Source of the DNA: Iphione sp. A-MEVVRFRX5
Taxonomy: Eukaryota
Assembly (NCBI GenBank): GCA_976226885.1
Contig: OZ320318.1
Coordinates: forward strand, 73,160,001 to 73,224,000
Direction of reading: 5' to 3'
DNA length: 64,000 bases
The stretch's first letter is position 1; each line of letters starts with the position of its first letter. Made by a program: the position numbers and the translations under genes. Shown here piece by piece: positions 1 to 14,680 of the stretch. The notes below the pieces were generated by a model. That model was not told where the DNA came from. It did no database searches and worked only from the letters and a program-made list of their open reading frames with translations.

Positions 1-866
1 GCATAAATGGTGACTACCCTGCCTTTGTCTAAAAATACTTATTCATCATACCTCTGTTTCCAAGCATGCATGAAAAAAAACTTATTGAAGATATATAAGC
101 GTTGACTTCTCCCTCATAAACAGTGGACTTATCATAATTTTCAGACTAGACAGGATATGAAGGATATGAATGGAGTAATTATGAAATATATTCAGAGATA
201 GAAAAGAGTATGTATAGCAAACCTAAGAAGTGCGACTACGTTGTTGTTTCCAAATGTCCGTGAAGAAGTAAATTGTCGTGACAAATGACATAGTGAAGTA
301 AACATATAATTGCCCAAATTTAAATATCATCAGTCAACTCTGCCAGAGTTGAAACCATTCTGATCCAGTGTAGAGTGTGGCAGCCCTTAAACCATGCCAT
401 ATGCCGTTGCAGACTACAGCGACTCATACAGCATGCATGATCCAGCGATGCTATCAAAAGGGGTGGTTCGCTGCAATTTCACTTACGAAAGCTAACAACC
501 TGCATATCAAATTCCACATTATTTTCTATCATTAGCGTTGGTAATATAACAACGATGATATACAGACTCGCGTCAAGGCGTCTTGAAATACAAGATAGGA
601 GCAATTCTTTCATGAATGCAGATTCTTAGACTAAGAAGTCTGGTTCACATCTAAAGGGAAATAACTATAGTAATTATAAGTCCTGTCCTTTATAGCTAGA
701 AGATATATTTTTTTTCAATTTTCCTATTTTCAGGCATAAATAAAACCAATAGATTTCATGTTCGAAGAAAATATTTGAGAATATATACTAAATTAAAGAT
801 GTTAAAGATCCAATATTCACCATCACTATCTTTAGTCATGGAGAGAGTTAATCAGCATTAAAATGA

Positions 867-1460
867 GATGAAAATTGGATACCTTTAGGTAAAGATCATG
901 CAGACATAAATCCTTTCCTAGTAAAACATGTATGGAGATTGCATCAAAGGGACGCCGAGGCCGCACGGGAACTACCGAGGGAAGAAACTACGAGAGAGGA
1001 GGAAAGGAGGGAAGAGAGAAAATGTTCTAAATATAGTTCGAATTATGTGCGCTCCATACCACAGGAAGCATTCATCGTCATTGATAGAGTGTTTTCCTAA
1101 CGCCTCGTCAATTATTCACGCATGCGCCTCAGCGAAGACGACGGGTGGCGCCCTCTGCGGGAGCTACTCCCCATCGGAGCCTCCTCCTCCTCCTCCTACT
1201 CTGACTTGGGTTCCACTATATCAATAACGAGCAGCTCGAAGACGTGGGTTATCAGACACCTCGTCCCGGCCTTGTTTACTCGCGGTCGTCTTTTGAGGAG
1301 TATCCCTTCGCATCCAGTCATTACAGCAGACTTAATCGAGATGATTGTTTTAACGGTCCCCGTACATGTAATTAAAGGTTGGAGACTTCCGTCTTTGTTA
1401 TTGAGCTCTCCATATGAAAACATCTTAAACATTTTCCAGTTTTTGCTGTTGCTATTTTGA
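867..1460 (+). pseudogene. Decayed reading frame of about 198 codons with one internal stop; possible chromodomain-like remnant
   Basis: Manual translation is open from GAT867 to TGA1460 except TAA at 1098-1100: DENWIPLGKDHADINPFLVKHVWRLHQR...EAFIVIDRVFS*RLVNYSRMRLSEDDGWRPLRELL. One stop in about 198 codons is well below random expectation at this base composition. Confidence 0.4.
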
Positions 1461-4400
1461 TAGAGCTTGCATCGGTTTAATTATATGAAGCGTTTCACTT
1501 TTGGAAAATTGTCCCTACAGGTTGGCGCGTTTTGGGTGGTACAATTACTTTTGATAGTCTAAAGAACCTATATCCAGTAGGGCACCTTAACATTTTATAG
1601 CTACAAAGCTACTGAAAATTTATGCATAACTACATATATAATGTATATATATGTGTACTTATACATATAAAGTTAAAACTGAAACTCCTAACCATTTGGC
1701 CAGATACTGAGTCATTTTCTGATAAGAAAACAACGTCGTTGCCTCAAAACTTGTTCAGATAATGGCTGTTTTCGAATATGGGGTGTTACGTTTTCGAATC
1801 AGTATCTTTGTCTCGTGTAATATCATAAGAGAGGATTACTTTTTAGAGTAGACATCCGAGTCATTATGGCACATGGATAGATAGATTAAAGAGACTGGCC
1901 GGTCGAGGAGATGCTGACCTATTTTAAATCTTGCTTCATATATCTCCAGTTACAAGGCCAGTGATCATGTGCCACATGAAAACACAAAGAGCATGCTTGT
2001 TGTTAGGCCTCTGATGATTGGAAGTCCATAAAGGTTTTAACTTTCTTCTAGTGAAATATACTTGCTGAGGTGCTTGATGAGCATGACAACAGTGTAATAA
2101 CTGTTCAAACCAATAATAAAAATAATGAACCAAAGGAGCAAAATACACCGGCGGAGAGGTGGAGTGCACAGGTAAATAGATATATCAAAGCTTGTCTAGA
2201 TATCCGAAAGCCTGAATTCACACAAAGAGACAAGAAACAATACAGATAGAAGCTATAGATGATTTCAGATGCATACGTGTTCATAACTAAAATGAAGCTC
2301 TGAATCTTCGTTGGAAAGGCAAAATCTCTGCGTATTGCCTCTCCCATCCAGGGGGAGACACAATCGTTACGGCTCATGTACTATTGCAGCCCATTTGTTA
2401 GACGAAACTGCAGTCTGCGGAATATTCCTGCACGAGTCAGCTGATGGTTATTATTATAGTGGTTGGCATATGTGTATACTTGTGCATCTGCTGGTCATAC
2501 GTATATACATGTATATATATATTACTATATCTGTAATTTTAACGATAGATCGTATTCTTTGGATAAGTTACCCATCCATCTTCCTCTATATCATTTGTCC
2601 TTTTTGGTCATCCATTATCTACAACTCTGTATCCACCTGCCCACAAACTGAGACAGGGAAGCATTGATATAACAGATGTCCAAATTTATAGGCTCACCAG
2701 GTCACATTCTTAAGTCTAATCGGCGTTGATATATTTTCATGTACATGTACATATATACATCTAGTGAATATACCCACGTATGAATATGAAATATGGTATC
2801 TTTGTTTTTGTCTTTGCGATTTTATTGCGCCGCTCTACATATCTGCCATTAGAAAGAAGACATCAACAAAGAAACTAAAAATAACCGCTGATTGGGCCCC
2901 TAGATGAACGTCGTCTGACTTTGCATTGACATTCACTGAGCTATTGAAAAGAAGCATTACCTATGTCTGAAGAAGCTGGTAATCAATACACCGCGGGTCC
3001 TCGAGAGGTGCGCCCTACGGCTGCGTGCTACAACCAGGGCTTCCTCTCAGCTAGAGCCGTGGGAGGACAGTCTGCGCATGTGTCAGACAATGGGCGATAA
3101 TAGAAGAAGGACCGCGCGTCTCCATCGCGACAGCCGCAGTCCTCTGGCAAACCACGCAATGACATCAAGTCGGGCTTTAGACATATCGTTTCTGGCTAGC
3201 ACAGTGATATGATTGGACGGACAGAGATTGACTTGTGGTGTTTTTGGATGGTAGTAGTACATTATATTGAATTTTGGCCGTCTCAACGTTCTTATATTAT
3301 ACACGCAAACTTGCCCCACTCTGGAGCCAAGACATCCTTATCATTATTGATTTTAATAAAGAATTGTGATTCATCGCGAAAAGCATGATACAGTTTCTCC
3401 TGGCAGTGTAATCTGGGTGGGATTCTTTTGGGAAATAGTAATAGAAGTCATTACCAATTTAACCAAAGGAACAAACTAATGAATAACAACCCTGTCAAAT
3501 GACTGGAAGGATGGATGACAGGAATATTCAGTATAGCGAGTGTATCCACTCTCAAATATGAATTAATTCGAATTAATGAACTTTAGGTTAACCGATGTTG
3601 GGTGTTAGTTTCACGAGAGGAATGAAAAGGGGTCGTCCTTCTGTAAGAAGTCTGAAAGTGGTGGAACTATAACAGCTAGCTTGCTTACATGGTTGGATTA
3701 CTCTCATCGTCCTTTTTAGTATCCATCCTGCAAACAGTTCATCTGACATTGGTCACTTCTTTATACTGTAGCCCCACCCAGCACCCTAAAAGCCTACTTG
3801 GCTAGCAGGGGCGCAGTGAAACCACACCCACACCCCTGCCCTCCACAGAAAACCTTGCCAGTTTGTGTACTGATATAATTCACCCTAGAGGAGAGACAGA
3901 GGGGTTGTTAGTGGGATTGGTAGTGTTGACGGTGATGAGGGTGATGTTGGTGGTGGTGTTGAGAGGGAGGGGTTAGGTGGGTGGGTGTTTCTATCTTCAG
4001 TGTAAAGCCGCTCCGCTCGACAGGCGAACGGCACTGCGGCAAGGTGTCAAAGTAATTACCATAAAACAAGCTTGGAGGCGTACCGTTTGTTTGTAGATGA
4101 TGGACAATCAAATAACCATCAACCATCCCTCCCTTCAATCTCCTCAGCTCCGTCAGCCCGACACCTCAAGTTAATTAGATTTAACAATCAATTAATGGTG
4201 GCAATTATCTCCTTGCACTCACCAAATTTAGCGACTTGGGCTAAGACAAAGAATTCCAACCAGCCCATTTGAGGGTTTTCCTCTCCTCTTTGTGCGCGTA
4301 GCTCTCGAATACAGGGTTGGATTGATTGTGGCCTCGTCCGAAAACTTTTAACTTGGATTTACTAAGCTACCAAATGCCCTTTTATTTGCATTAGTAGCAC

Positions 4401-7400
4401 TTGAAGTCTGAATTTATGTGCTTATAAAATTATGTGTTTATGCTATAGTAAGCTTTTGAATGTCTTGATAGTTCTAAGACGGAGGAGTTCAGAATCCGCT
4501 TGCTTCAAATCAGTAATTTAAATCGCAGTTGAAATCAGGAAGTGAAAATCATGCAATGATTTGGATCGATGGGAAACTTATTAACTGTCAAATAACGGTT
4601 TCATATCGCAATATTTAAATGATTTATACAGTAAATAGCTCAAACACCAAACTTACGCATTAACAATGAATCTTCTTTTTTCCAGGACTAAGGCATTACT
4701 CGGACAACTGTAAGTATAACAGCTCTTACATTTTCTTAGTGCTGCGCCTCACCTACTGAATGTGTTTTGGTATTTCGCCTTTTAAAATGAGTAAAAACTA
4801 AAGGCATCCATACTTATTTAGCATTTGCGTTAACATTATTGAACTTTCCCCCGACCTTAAATGTCAAAAAGAGTCCACGATCATTTTCATAACAGCAGCT
4901 TATTTGAACAAGAAAACTATAGTTGATGTACCGACAATATATACCTGCTTAGTTTTGAATAGTATTGAATGAAATGGATCTTACCTCCTCTAACATTACT
5001 TTACTTTTCAGCAAACCCCCCATTTTCTAGTAATATTTTTTTTTGTATTTCCATTCGCGATAATTACAGCACATGGAGTATCGGCTTTGTTCAACAAATT
5101 CTACAAACATTGACCTTTTGAACTTGTTTCTGATGACCGTAGCTAATAATGTATTTCCCCTCACGTTTGATCTACATTATAACCAATTCTTATCTGTGTA
5201 CTTCACATTAGCTTGAAATCGTATCTTTTTATGAAAACATCCTAAAGTGTTGAACGATCACGAGGAAAAAAAGGATAGGTTTGGTTGAAATATGTGCCCT
5301 CATCCTCTCTGTCTTTGCATCGAAATAGAACTCCGGGTGAAAAGAAAGAAAGGGAAAAGAAAGAAAGAGAAAGGAGAGAACGAAGAGAACGAAGGGAAAG
5401 GACTGGTCATAGACGAAAAAGGCACACGTGAGTCTACAAACGAATGAAGTTCCTAGCCAAGTCTACTTTTTGAATTTTTGCCGAGTGTTACTTATCTTCA
5501 TTTTTCCACTAATTTTGCTGTTTAAAGGTGTCATCGTGTAAGATATAGGAAAAGGACTTTTTGACCACTTTCATGTTTCATTGCACCATCCTCGACACTA
5601 GGTAAAGTGAAATTGAACACCACGATGGCACTTTAACAGCTTTATCTAATAGAACCATAAAAGAATTAGCTGGTATATTTCTCCTCCTGAGGACGTTTTA
5701 TCAAAATTCAACTTACTTTTGACCTACTTGAGATTGAATTATTTGCTTTACAGTAAAAATCCTTTTTCCTGCAATGCTTGCTCGAGCATGATCCGGACTG
5801 ATGAGAGAATGCATTTTTAATTAGCATTCCCTATTGTGTCAATAACCTTCTTTTGAATTACTTTACCGCCCATAACTGTCCGTCCTCTTTTTTAAGGAAC
5901 GTTTTTATTTACAGGATGTCCTTCTGGGTTAATTATTCCTCATATTTCTTCCAAATATGCACGGGTTTGGAAACTTGTCCAATGAGTTTGATTTTTAAAC
6001 GTGCAACAACGCATAATATATACTTTATATATGATATATATAAAGTTCATATATCTTCATATGCTTATGTGAACACATATGAGCGATTCGTGTTAAACAT
6101 ATTAAAATATCAGTACAAAGTTGAAACACATTCATGTATATATTACTGTATTGGTTATGTAGTATCTTAGCTCTTGTTATATTTAAATCTTGTAGCCTGT
6201 CAGACAGTGTTTTTGAACATATCTAACCCGGTTAGACCAATTTGGCTAATGCTGCGCGGGAAGTAATTTGTTGTCAATCGATTAGTTAATCTTAAATTGT
6301 ATGTAGTTTAGTTTTGCGACAAACAGAGACCTTTATATGCGATGTTTCATTGTATGACGTGAGTCTTTCCCTATCGACCGAACGCATTTGACGACCGCTA
6401 CAACTATCATTGAGTTACCAAACACTTCACCTTAATTATGTTGATATCAGACTGGGATACGGGAGATGGGAGACATGCTTCCGAGGCATCTGCCCAATTC
6501 ATCAACGCGGGACAGCATATAGTCTCACGAGGAATTATTTATTGTGTTCGTATTAAATATTCACGGTGTTTCTACGTAATGGATGCGGCTGGTGATCGTG
6601 AATAATGTCAATATGAGCATAATTCATCACCCAGTTATAGTGTTAGGGAAAAGGCTGATGTGGACAATATGGATATGAAGTTCTGCATTAGTAGGGAGAG
6701 GTTGAAATATCCAACTGACAATGCTGCCACCTACGAGACTTCAGCGGAAGGAAACTGTGGACATCTGTACAATGAGCCGATCATTTTAACGAGTTCCATT
6801 GCTTGTAAAGGCTAATGCATCATCTCCGTGTGCACGGTACCGGCCAAATAATGGGAGCTGCTTTAGAATTATGACAGAGTAGGCCATCTACCTCGTAACA
6901 CGCTTTTCAATCAACCGCAAGTTGTCTAAAGGAACCAATAAGGAAGGATAATCCCACAGTCGAAAAGTTCAGTATGTTCCAAGAGATGCTTAGCAAAAAT
7001 TCAAATGAATGAATCGTGGTTAGTTAGGACCTTGGTTTCACTGTTCTATATTCAGGGCAATATTAGGTTGGGATGAAAATACCGCCATGACGACTATACT
7101 TGTATCTGGACATAGTAAATATTACAAGTGTTCCATCATTAGCCTCTGAGATGTAAGAAATACCGACTCTCTAGCTGGTACCGGGCTGTCCCCATGAGCT
7201 GGTGTCACAGTCTACCTCAGGGTGCGTTAGGAACCAGCTTAATCAATAGACGTGCCATGGGAGCGATGTGTCCTATTCATTGATTGCTTGGCATCGTTCC
7301 TCTTTTTAGTGCCTTGTCCTCACATTGACGACTCCGTGTGTATCGGGAAGGACCGAAACCCGATAATTTTTGACGCTCTCCACCAGTTAAGACTCCGATT

Positions 7401-8518
7401 GTGGGAGTATTAATTCTGTAGTATTAGATGCCAGGAAGATCAGTATCCCAAATATGTATTTAACCTTTCTGATAAGACATTTTCTCTTACATATTTCTTC
7501 CGAGGATACATAAATGGCCAGGGCTAAGTATGCGACAAACAGTCATAGAGGCAAAAGTTCATATTGAGCATTGGAGTATAGGCGAACATGGATGGAACAC
7601 CCGTCTTCCTCTTCGGCCATTTACCCCAGTTCATATATTCGGGAGCTCAAGGATACGGCAATCAGCGTACAGAAATTTCTGCTCAATGTCGTTTTGAGAG
7701 AGACCACGCAATAGTTGTGAATTCGTTACTTATCATGTTTTTCCCTAAAACGGTGTATCTATGTTTTTACATGAAGTAGTTGGTGTAGCGTTGATTTCTT
7801 GTCAAGGAATCAGTTTTCAATACCATGTATGAAGACCACAGAAACTTCACCTCCTGAGACACCTGGGATTGGGGGTGGGGGTAAGTAGGTTTTCGTACGT
7901 AGGAAAGGCCATGTGTGGTTGTGATGGATGAATATGTTTCATCCTCTGTTCCTTACGTGTAAGGGGTTTGAAGGAGAGAGCGAGGAAGAAGAGCGAAGTA
8001 GGTAACATATAAATCTGGGGAAAGGTTTGTGGGAAAAGGAGTTTGAGGAAAATGATATTAAAACAAGGACGAAAAATCCAAAACTTATGATCAGGTCAGG
8101 TCCTTCACAAGAACATGTTGGGCCTATGTTCCCTCAGGAGTGCTATTAAAGCTAAGTGCGGGCCCAGTCCATCAGGGACCTGAAGAAATGCATCATTTGC
8201 AATGTGGCGCATGCTGCAGGCTTCAGTGCCCTTGAAAAAAGCGGGATATGTGTTGCCATGTAAATATTTTCCTCAGGATTTGGGAGTCTTCCTTCCGTCC
8301 ATCGGTTAAACTCCATGGTGGTTGCATTCATAACAAACTTTGATTACGCAACCTGTGGAACCAGTTAGACCTCCACACTATCTTTTGGGTGTTACGCCTT
8401 TGAGGTTATGCGAAAAAAACGTCATATAACTTATATTATTCTCAGAAGAGCAGTGAAAACCTTTTGAATATTTCCTAGCCGTTACATTTAGAAAGCGGGT
8501 TCCTCTGAGGCCGCTGAC

Positions 8519-9071
8519 TGTTGCCAACTAAACGCAAAAACGAAGTTGACGGAAAGCCCAAGCGTTTGAATATTTATTTAATCAGGGTAATGGTGCATAT
8601 TCAATTACGTTTTTCCCAGAACCAGATTAAAACTTGAGAGGGTCTCCGTTTAAAATGTCAAGCGGGCGTAGGGCATCATCTCGGATAAACAAGAGGACCG
8701 TCTTGAGAACAAAGTCAACCGCTGTGCCGTTAAAACACAGCTGTGTCCTCTCCCTCTGCAGCTCCGGGTGTGACTTGGTCTCGCCTTTCGGCCCTCTCCT
8801 TGACCGAGGATCATTCCTCGAAGGGCTAGGCACCTGTCACCTAAGGCCCTAGTTACTCCCCACCTGAGCGGCGCTGCTAATAGGCGCCGTGGATCATACT
8901 TAGGCGAGGCGGCTGGTCCTTGTACCGCCGGGTCCCGGCCTCTCCTAGTCGGGGTAGGCTGGTATTATCTGGTCAGTCCCCACCTCGTGGCAGACACTTG
9001 CTGACTAATGATCCAGACCGACATCAATTACGGCCAGCTTTAAGCACCGGCGACCTGCAAAGCCTCTTACA
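8519..9071 (-). mobile_element. Solo-LTR-like element (553 bp)
   Basis: The minus strand starts TGTAAGAGG and ends GTTGGCAACA (TGT...ACA termini). The GC-richer block has sharp edges, and AATAAA (forward tttatt 8573-8578) lies about 55 nt before the 3' end. Flanks ctgac/gtgaa match only 3/5, so no clean TSD. No internal retroelement domains are adjacent. Confidence 0.5.
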
Positions 9072-11548
9072 GTGAACGCAAGTTATTCAAGTACGTATAA
9101 TCTATTCGTATAGCGTGTAGAGTGCTTAGGTTGAGGCAGGGGAAGAGAGACAGACAGAGAAATTGATAGTCAAAGATATCAATACTATCTTCGCCGTCCA
9201 TGCTCTACGACACGAATATTTTTATCTGAGTGAAAGTAAGGGTCTCATGGAAATAGTTTTTCTTGCATCTTAGAGTTGCCCGTAGGGTGGATGCTTACTG
9301 AATGCAGTATGGACGAAAGGTACGAGGATTATAAGCGGATAGTCCCCCGAAAAAGACAGAAACAAGTATAGTTATAGCGGATGGGCCTGTATATTTGAGG
9401 GCATATTGTAATATCGTGAATGTTAGACACACACAATCTGTTCAGAAAATATAGAATCCCGCGCCACTTCCTGTTTTGTGTTTGTTTTCTAAAAAAACAA
9501 AGAGGGCTCAGAGGAGTGTGCTGGTCGTGTAAGTTCAGCTTCGATCAGTGGTCTGACCATCTCTGCATACGAGGAGTTATAGAGAACTGAGAATAAAGCC
9601 TGGTTTGAAGACAGCACTAATTTTGGCGCATGAAATGTTTGTAAATGCATTAAAGAGACATGTCATAGTCTGAAGCATTCATAATCAAAAGGCTTTAGCC
9701 CTTATAAAAATGGTAAACCGTTTCATCTTTTTCATGAGAACGACCGAAACCTGTTCTAAAATAAAGACAATTGAGAATAGCTAAAAAATAAACTATGCGA
9801 TCATTCAAGAGGCATCCACATGGGAAATGTCGGATACGTTGCCCCTGTTGTATTATTACTTTACAAGAAATCATCTTCTTCATACCCCAAAAACATCGAA
9901 AGACGTACATGCATTGTGGAGCTCCACAGATGTTCTATGAACAGTTTAATGGACTGCTTAAGCATTGTTCTTTTTCTCTGGAGCTTGGATTCCCATTAAA
10001 TCTGTCTCCTTACTTTGAAGTTTCAGAATATTCTTAAAGCAGATAGGCCTGGACGCCATGTTAGTCTCAAATCGCTCACTCAACAAAATATCTCCGCTTA
10101 AGCACGGCGGTTTCCATGATGTTTACCGGTGCTGTAACCCGCCGATCGATTTGTTGTTTGAAGGCATGGAGAAAGGAGTCGGCACGCTCCTGAGAGATTG
10201 GTTAATGCGTTCCGGCGCCGCATGGTCCCCCTGGCGGCCGGCAGGGGGTGCGGGGGGCCACGGCAACAGGTAGCAGCGGCAGGCCAGGCACGCCCTTCGG
10301 CGCCGCATGCAATGGTCTGTGTGAGCGGGTACCTGTGGTCGGGTGGTTTGCACGCTTTCCCCCCCATCGCCCCAGCCTCCCTCCACAAACACACGTAGAT
10401 ACATTCACTTTCTCAACTACCCATACCTAGCTGGCCACCGACACGAAACCACTCCCACCCTATTTGGCCTTGCCACGAGTACTACAGTTTACTGGATTTT
10501 TTTTAATGTTCCATTTCTAGACTCAGATAGGTGAGAGTTTAAGAGAAAAACACGAATTGACATGAGACCACATACTCCGATGCAGATTCGAGATAATACA
10601 TAAACATATGTGCCGTCAGACTGAACTGCAAATGGATTTAGCAGATAATAATAGTCACGAAGAGGGAGAGAGAGAGGTAGAGGCTAGGCAGCGAAAGAGA
10701 GAGAGAGATACATGTTCATATATATATATATATGCAAAAAAAATAATGTGGGAAAACAGAGGAATAGCGGGGAAAAGGGTGTTGCCCATTGCACTGATTG
10801 CTCCGCGATTATCATGCTATTAATACATGGACATAAGTGAGTCGATTACACAGCAGTGCATTTGCTTTCACCTTTACGACATGGACCAGCACCTAACGCC
10901 CTCCAGTGGTCATTAGCATAGACACACCAGCCACGAATGTTAGCATGTACAGATAAATATTCACTCTTTATGGTCACACACATTTCGACATTATCCTAGC
11001 TCGCACGATTAAACTGTTTCATCTTTCGTCAAAGCATACACTTTACGAATAGAATATACAGACACGCGCGCACACACACAGAGATACTTATCTTCCCAGA
11101 TTTCCCGGCAGCCTTCTCTAAACCCATCCTCCCATTTATATCGAAACCCTCCCGCGGTTTCACTCAAGCACCCCTACGCCTGCGCAGAAAACGGGTGAGC
11201 ATGCGCACTCGGGTAATGTGTCCCGTGGGGAGGACCCCGTAGCGGCCGGAAGTGTTGTTGGAGGGTGGGATTTCCGAGGGGCGTCGACGATGGGCGGCGA
11301 TGGCCGACCGGCGGTGTCTCATGGGATTCGGGCGAAGGGTTAGGCAGCAGGTGAGGGGCGAAGTGGGAGGGGGTGGGGAACCGGAGAGGGTTTGCGCATG
11401 AGGTATACAGCCTGTGGATATTTGCATGCTAGGTACCAATTGCCTTTGAAATTAATCGGTGGCAGTTTTCCTGGGCGATGCGAGCAAATGAGTGAGCGAG
11501 TCCATGACGTTGCTCGGTGACTGATAGCTCCTGTGTATAGGTATGTGC

Positions 11549-11551
<3 letters not shown>

Positions 11552-11580
<29 letters not shown>
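11552..11580. repeat. (TA)n microsatellite
   Basis: About 14 perfect TA units. Confidence 0.95.
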
Positions 11581-11581
<1 letters not shown>

Positions 11582-12182
11582 CCAGGCCCGCTAGAAACAG
11601 CCTGATGCCTGAATACTACCATCCCCCCCGGGGGACAGGTTGCTACGTATCGCTTCCGCTCTCGCTTCGTTCCTATCTTACAACAGAGTAGAGAATCATG
11701 TCATTTTCTTTTCGGTAAGTGCACTGCCTTATACTTAAAGATTAGCTGGTAAGGTATAAGGACTTATTATCCTACCATGATGGACATAACTGTCGTCTGA
11801 CATGGCAATTTTCATTTCTTTCAAAGCCCTTTATATTTTCTGATCAGCGTTTTATTCCCGGACAGTTCGTCCTGGTGTGTATAAATAGTGTGCTGTGGGT
11901 ATGGCTTCTGCATGTATATTCTACAGTCTTAACTTCGTGAATGAGACGACGTGTTCTCCCCATTGAGATGACGAGCACGACAAAATGCGCGTGTACTTCA
12001 AAGCTATACGCATAGCCTTGGATAGGAAAAATCCGTTTGGCTTGTTTATGCAGGCAGTTATGAACAACACGCGTAGTGCGTATGTCCTTGAGAGAAGAAC
12101 ATCGAAGAATGTAACATCGAAAACGCGCTGCACATCATACAGACATGGCTTCTGTCTACTCTCTGAAACGTACCCGACAGTG

Positions 12183-12818
12183 TTACGGTTCCCTAGAGCA
12201 TATATACTTTTGGCCAGGCTTCCCGCCGTGGAGGTGTCTAATTTGTCTGAGGAGAGCATTGCAGTAAGAGAAGAGGACGGGTCTGCACTCCTCCCTCCGC
12301 ACGCCCTTCCACACAATGAGAATACCTCCTTCCTTCCTCCCCCTCCCCCTTCCCCAATCTATTGCTGCCGCTGTGCCGAGTTGTTGCACCCTCCCTTCGG
12401 ACATGACGGCCCATAATTGGATTTCAAAGACGGCAGATAAGGAGCTTTGTGGGACCCGCCTAAGCTACTGTCTCGAGATCTGCTAGTCAGGTAACTGCAG
12501 CACGTCCCTATCTGACAACAGGCTTTGTCTGCGCCAAAAGGCAGTTTGGCGTACGGCCATTGTATTAGTGCGGAGGGACTTGTCTCGTACCAAATTAGTG
12601 CAGTGGGTTAGAGGATCAGCCGAGGTCGTAGAAGCGAGGAGGAACTCCAATGCCTTCGGACGTGAATATATCGCTAAATAGACAATCATGTTAAAGATGA
12701 TACTTAGATTATAAAGAGTCAGATAGGGAGGGGCGGTCGGTTGGGCGTGTTCGGCCGCGCTATGAAGGGATTGTTGACGAAGATAGATAGGAAGAGTGAT
12801 GGATGACGCCTGAAACAA
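12183..12818 (-). pseudogene. Decayed reading frame of about 212 codons, product unknown
   Basis: Track ORFs 12483-12818 and 12183-12404 share one frame and are joined across only two TAG codons (12483-12485, 12465-12467). No family recognised. An overlapping plus-strand 143-aa ORF (11985-12416) is an alternative reading. Confidence 0.3.
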
Positions 12819-14560
12819 TAGAGCACTACCAGTTGGCAGGTAACAATGTCACATGCATAAAACTAAAGAGGGAAAGTCCTAACTGAATGCTGAATATGGT
12901 TATGTCGTAAGATCTGGCAAGCGCATTCTTTTTTAATGGCGACGGGTAAAATGAACGTAACATACACTTAAAGGCAACAGTTCGACGAATAGATCATTAT
13001 ACGATCATTTTCCAAACTATAGTATGTGCCAGTACACAGTTTGGTATTTTCATATTTGATAAGATATAATGAAATATAATATGGGATTGTATGAATCAAG
13101 TGCAAAAATTTCTTTTGCGTGACCTGTTGTCGATGTTTATCGTTAACGTTAATATTCTACGGTTAGGTTACACCTCTACACACTGGCGTTCATTAGAGTA
13201 AGTACAGGGTATATCTAGTATGATATGACTTGAGACACATACTGAAGGAGCACTGGACTGATCAACAAAGCAATTGATACTTCTTGAAATACATTACAAC
13301 TAGGATGTTTGTAGAATAATGAAATTTTTTGACTAATCCTAACAACCAATGACATTCCTTACCACTGTGACATTCTCGGAGACACTGCTCCCGCAAGTTG
13401 TATTGCTTTTATTTCCATATCTGTTAAAAATGAGATTATGCATGATCCACTCTTGGTCACTTGCAGACTGACTGACGCTCACGGTGCATCTGACATCAGG
13501 AAACTCGAGACAGTTAAAGCACCCAACCGAGACCTCACAACTTGACAGGTGGCCCTTTGAATACATCCGACAAACAGCCCCGACTGTCTCGGACAGCTGG
13601 TTATGTCTGCCCATCCAATGACGTCTCATGATTTACAACCTTTTTTTTGTTTTAAGCCTTTATCACATTTCGAGGACAGCAATAAAGACTGTGTGGAATT
13701 CATGTTGGAATGTTGTGGAATGGCAAATTGAATTCTCAGGTTTATGAAATCACTGAACGGGCATTTTCGTAGTCTTTACTGCCTACTATACAGCTCCCTC
13801 TAGAGCTTTAAATAGATGTCTTCAAGACTTAACTTTGAGATTAATCAACAGATAAAATGGAGAATGTATAATTTGGAACAGGTATTTAAAAGACGGGTGG
13901 TATTGTAAAACGATTTTCGTTGGAAAGGATTCGAATAATCATTCCAAGAACAATGTCAACACGGCTTGGTTAGCGGTAAGCTTTGCTGTGGTTATTTCGT
14001 GAATTTAATCTGTTTTAAAAGGCTAAACTGTATTGTAAATTATTTTTTTCAGCAATAAAATTACTCCTTAAATTGGTTTACCGTACATACACTGATCATC
14101 ATTCAATTGGCCACTCTACGCAGTCCGTATTCTGTTCGACTACAGACCCCCTCGATGAACCTTTTTTGATGTATGTTTATTTTCATAGTTAGGATACGAG
14201 TACGGTTGTATGTTTCTCTGGGACGGGACGACTGAGACAGTGTGAAGAGCCCCAATCAAGACATTTTCGTACCCCCTAAGGACGGCCTCCTCCACCTTGT
14301 TAAGGCTTCTAGTGTTTCCTGCAGAGTGCCCCCCACCCGTCCTCTGAGCATGTATTATCTACATACCATGATCGTCCGTCAACTGAGATGTATTGCTGGC
14401 CTGTGATTTACAAGAGATTTTTTTTCTTTTTTTCCCCGCTTACCTCATCGCCCCCAACGCCCATCATGTACACTGTCCTGTCGCTCACCTGCCCATCTTC
14501 CTCCAACAAATCTACACACAATCCAACCAACCGGCCGTCCCAATAATGATACACCCCAAT

Positions 14561-14584
14561 ACACACACACACACACACACACAC
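14561..14584. repeat. (CA)n microsatellite
   Basis: About 12 AC units. Confidence 0.95.
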
Positions 14585-14680
14585 CAACCCCTTCCCCTAT
14601 CGCGGTTGCCTCGTCGATTACCTGGCTGGACGGCTGGTCGCTCTACTGGCATCCACCAACAACGCACGGGCAGGTCAAGC

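Noticed and set aside
4060-4272. YRLFVDDG resembles an RT catalytic (Y/F)xDD motif
   Set aside because: No other RT motifs nearby; a 4-residue match is expected by chance
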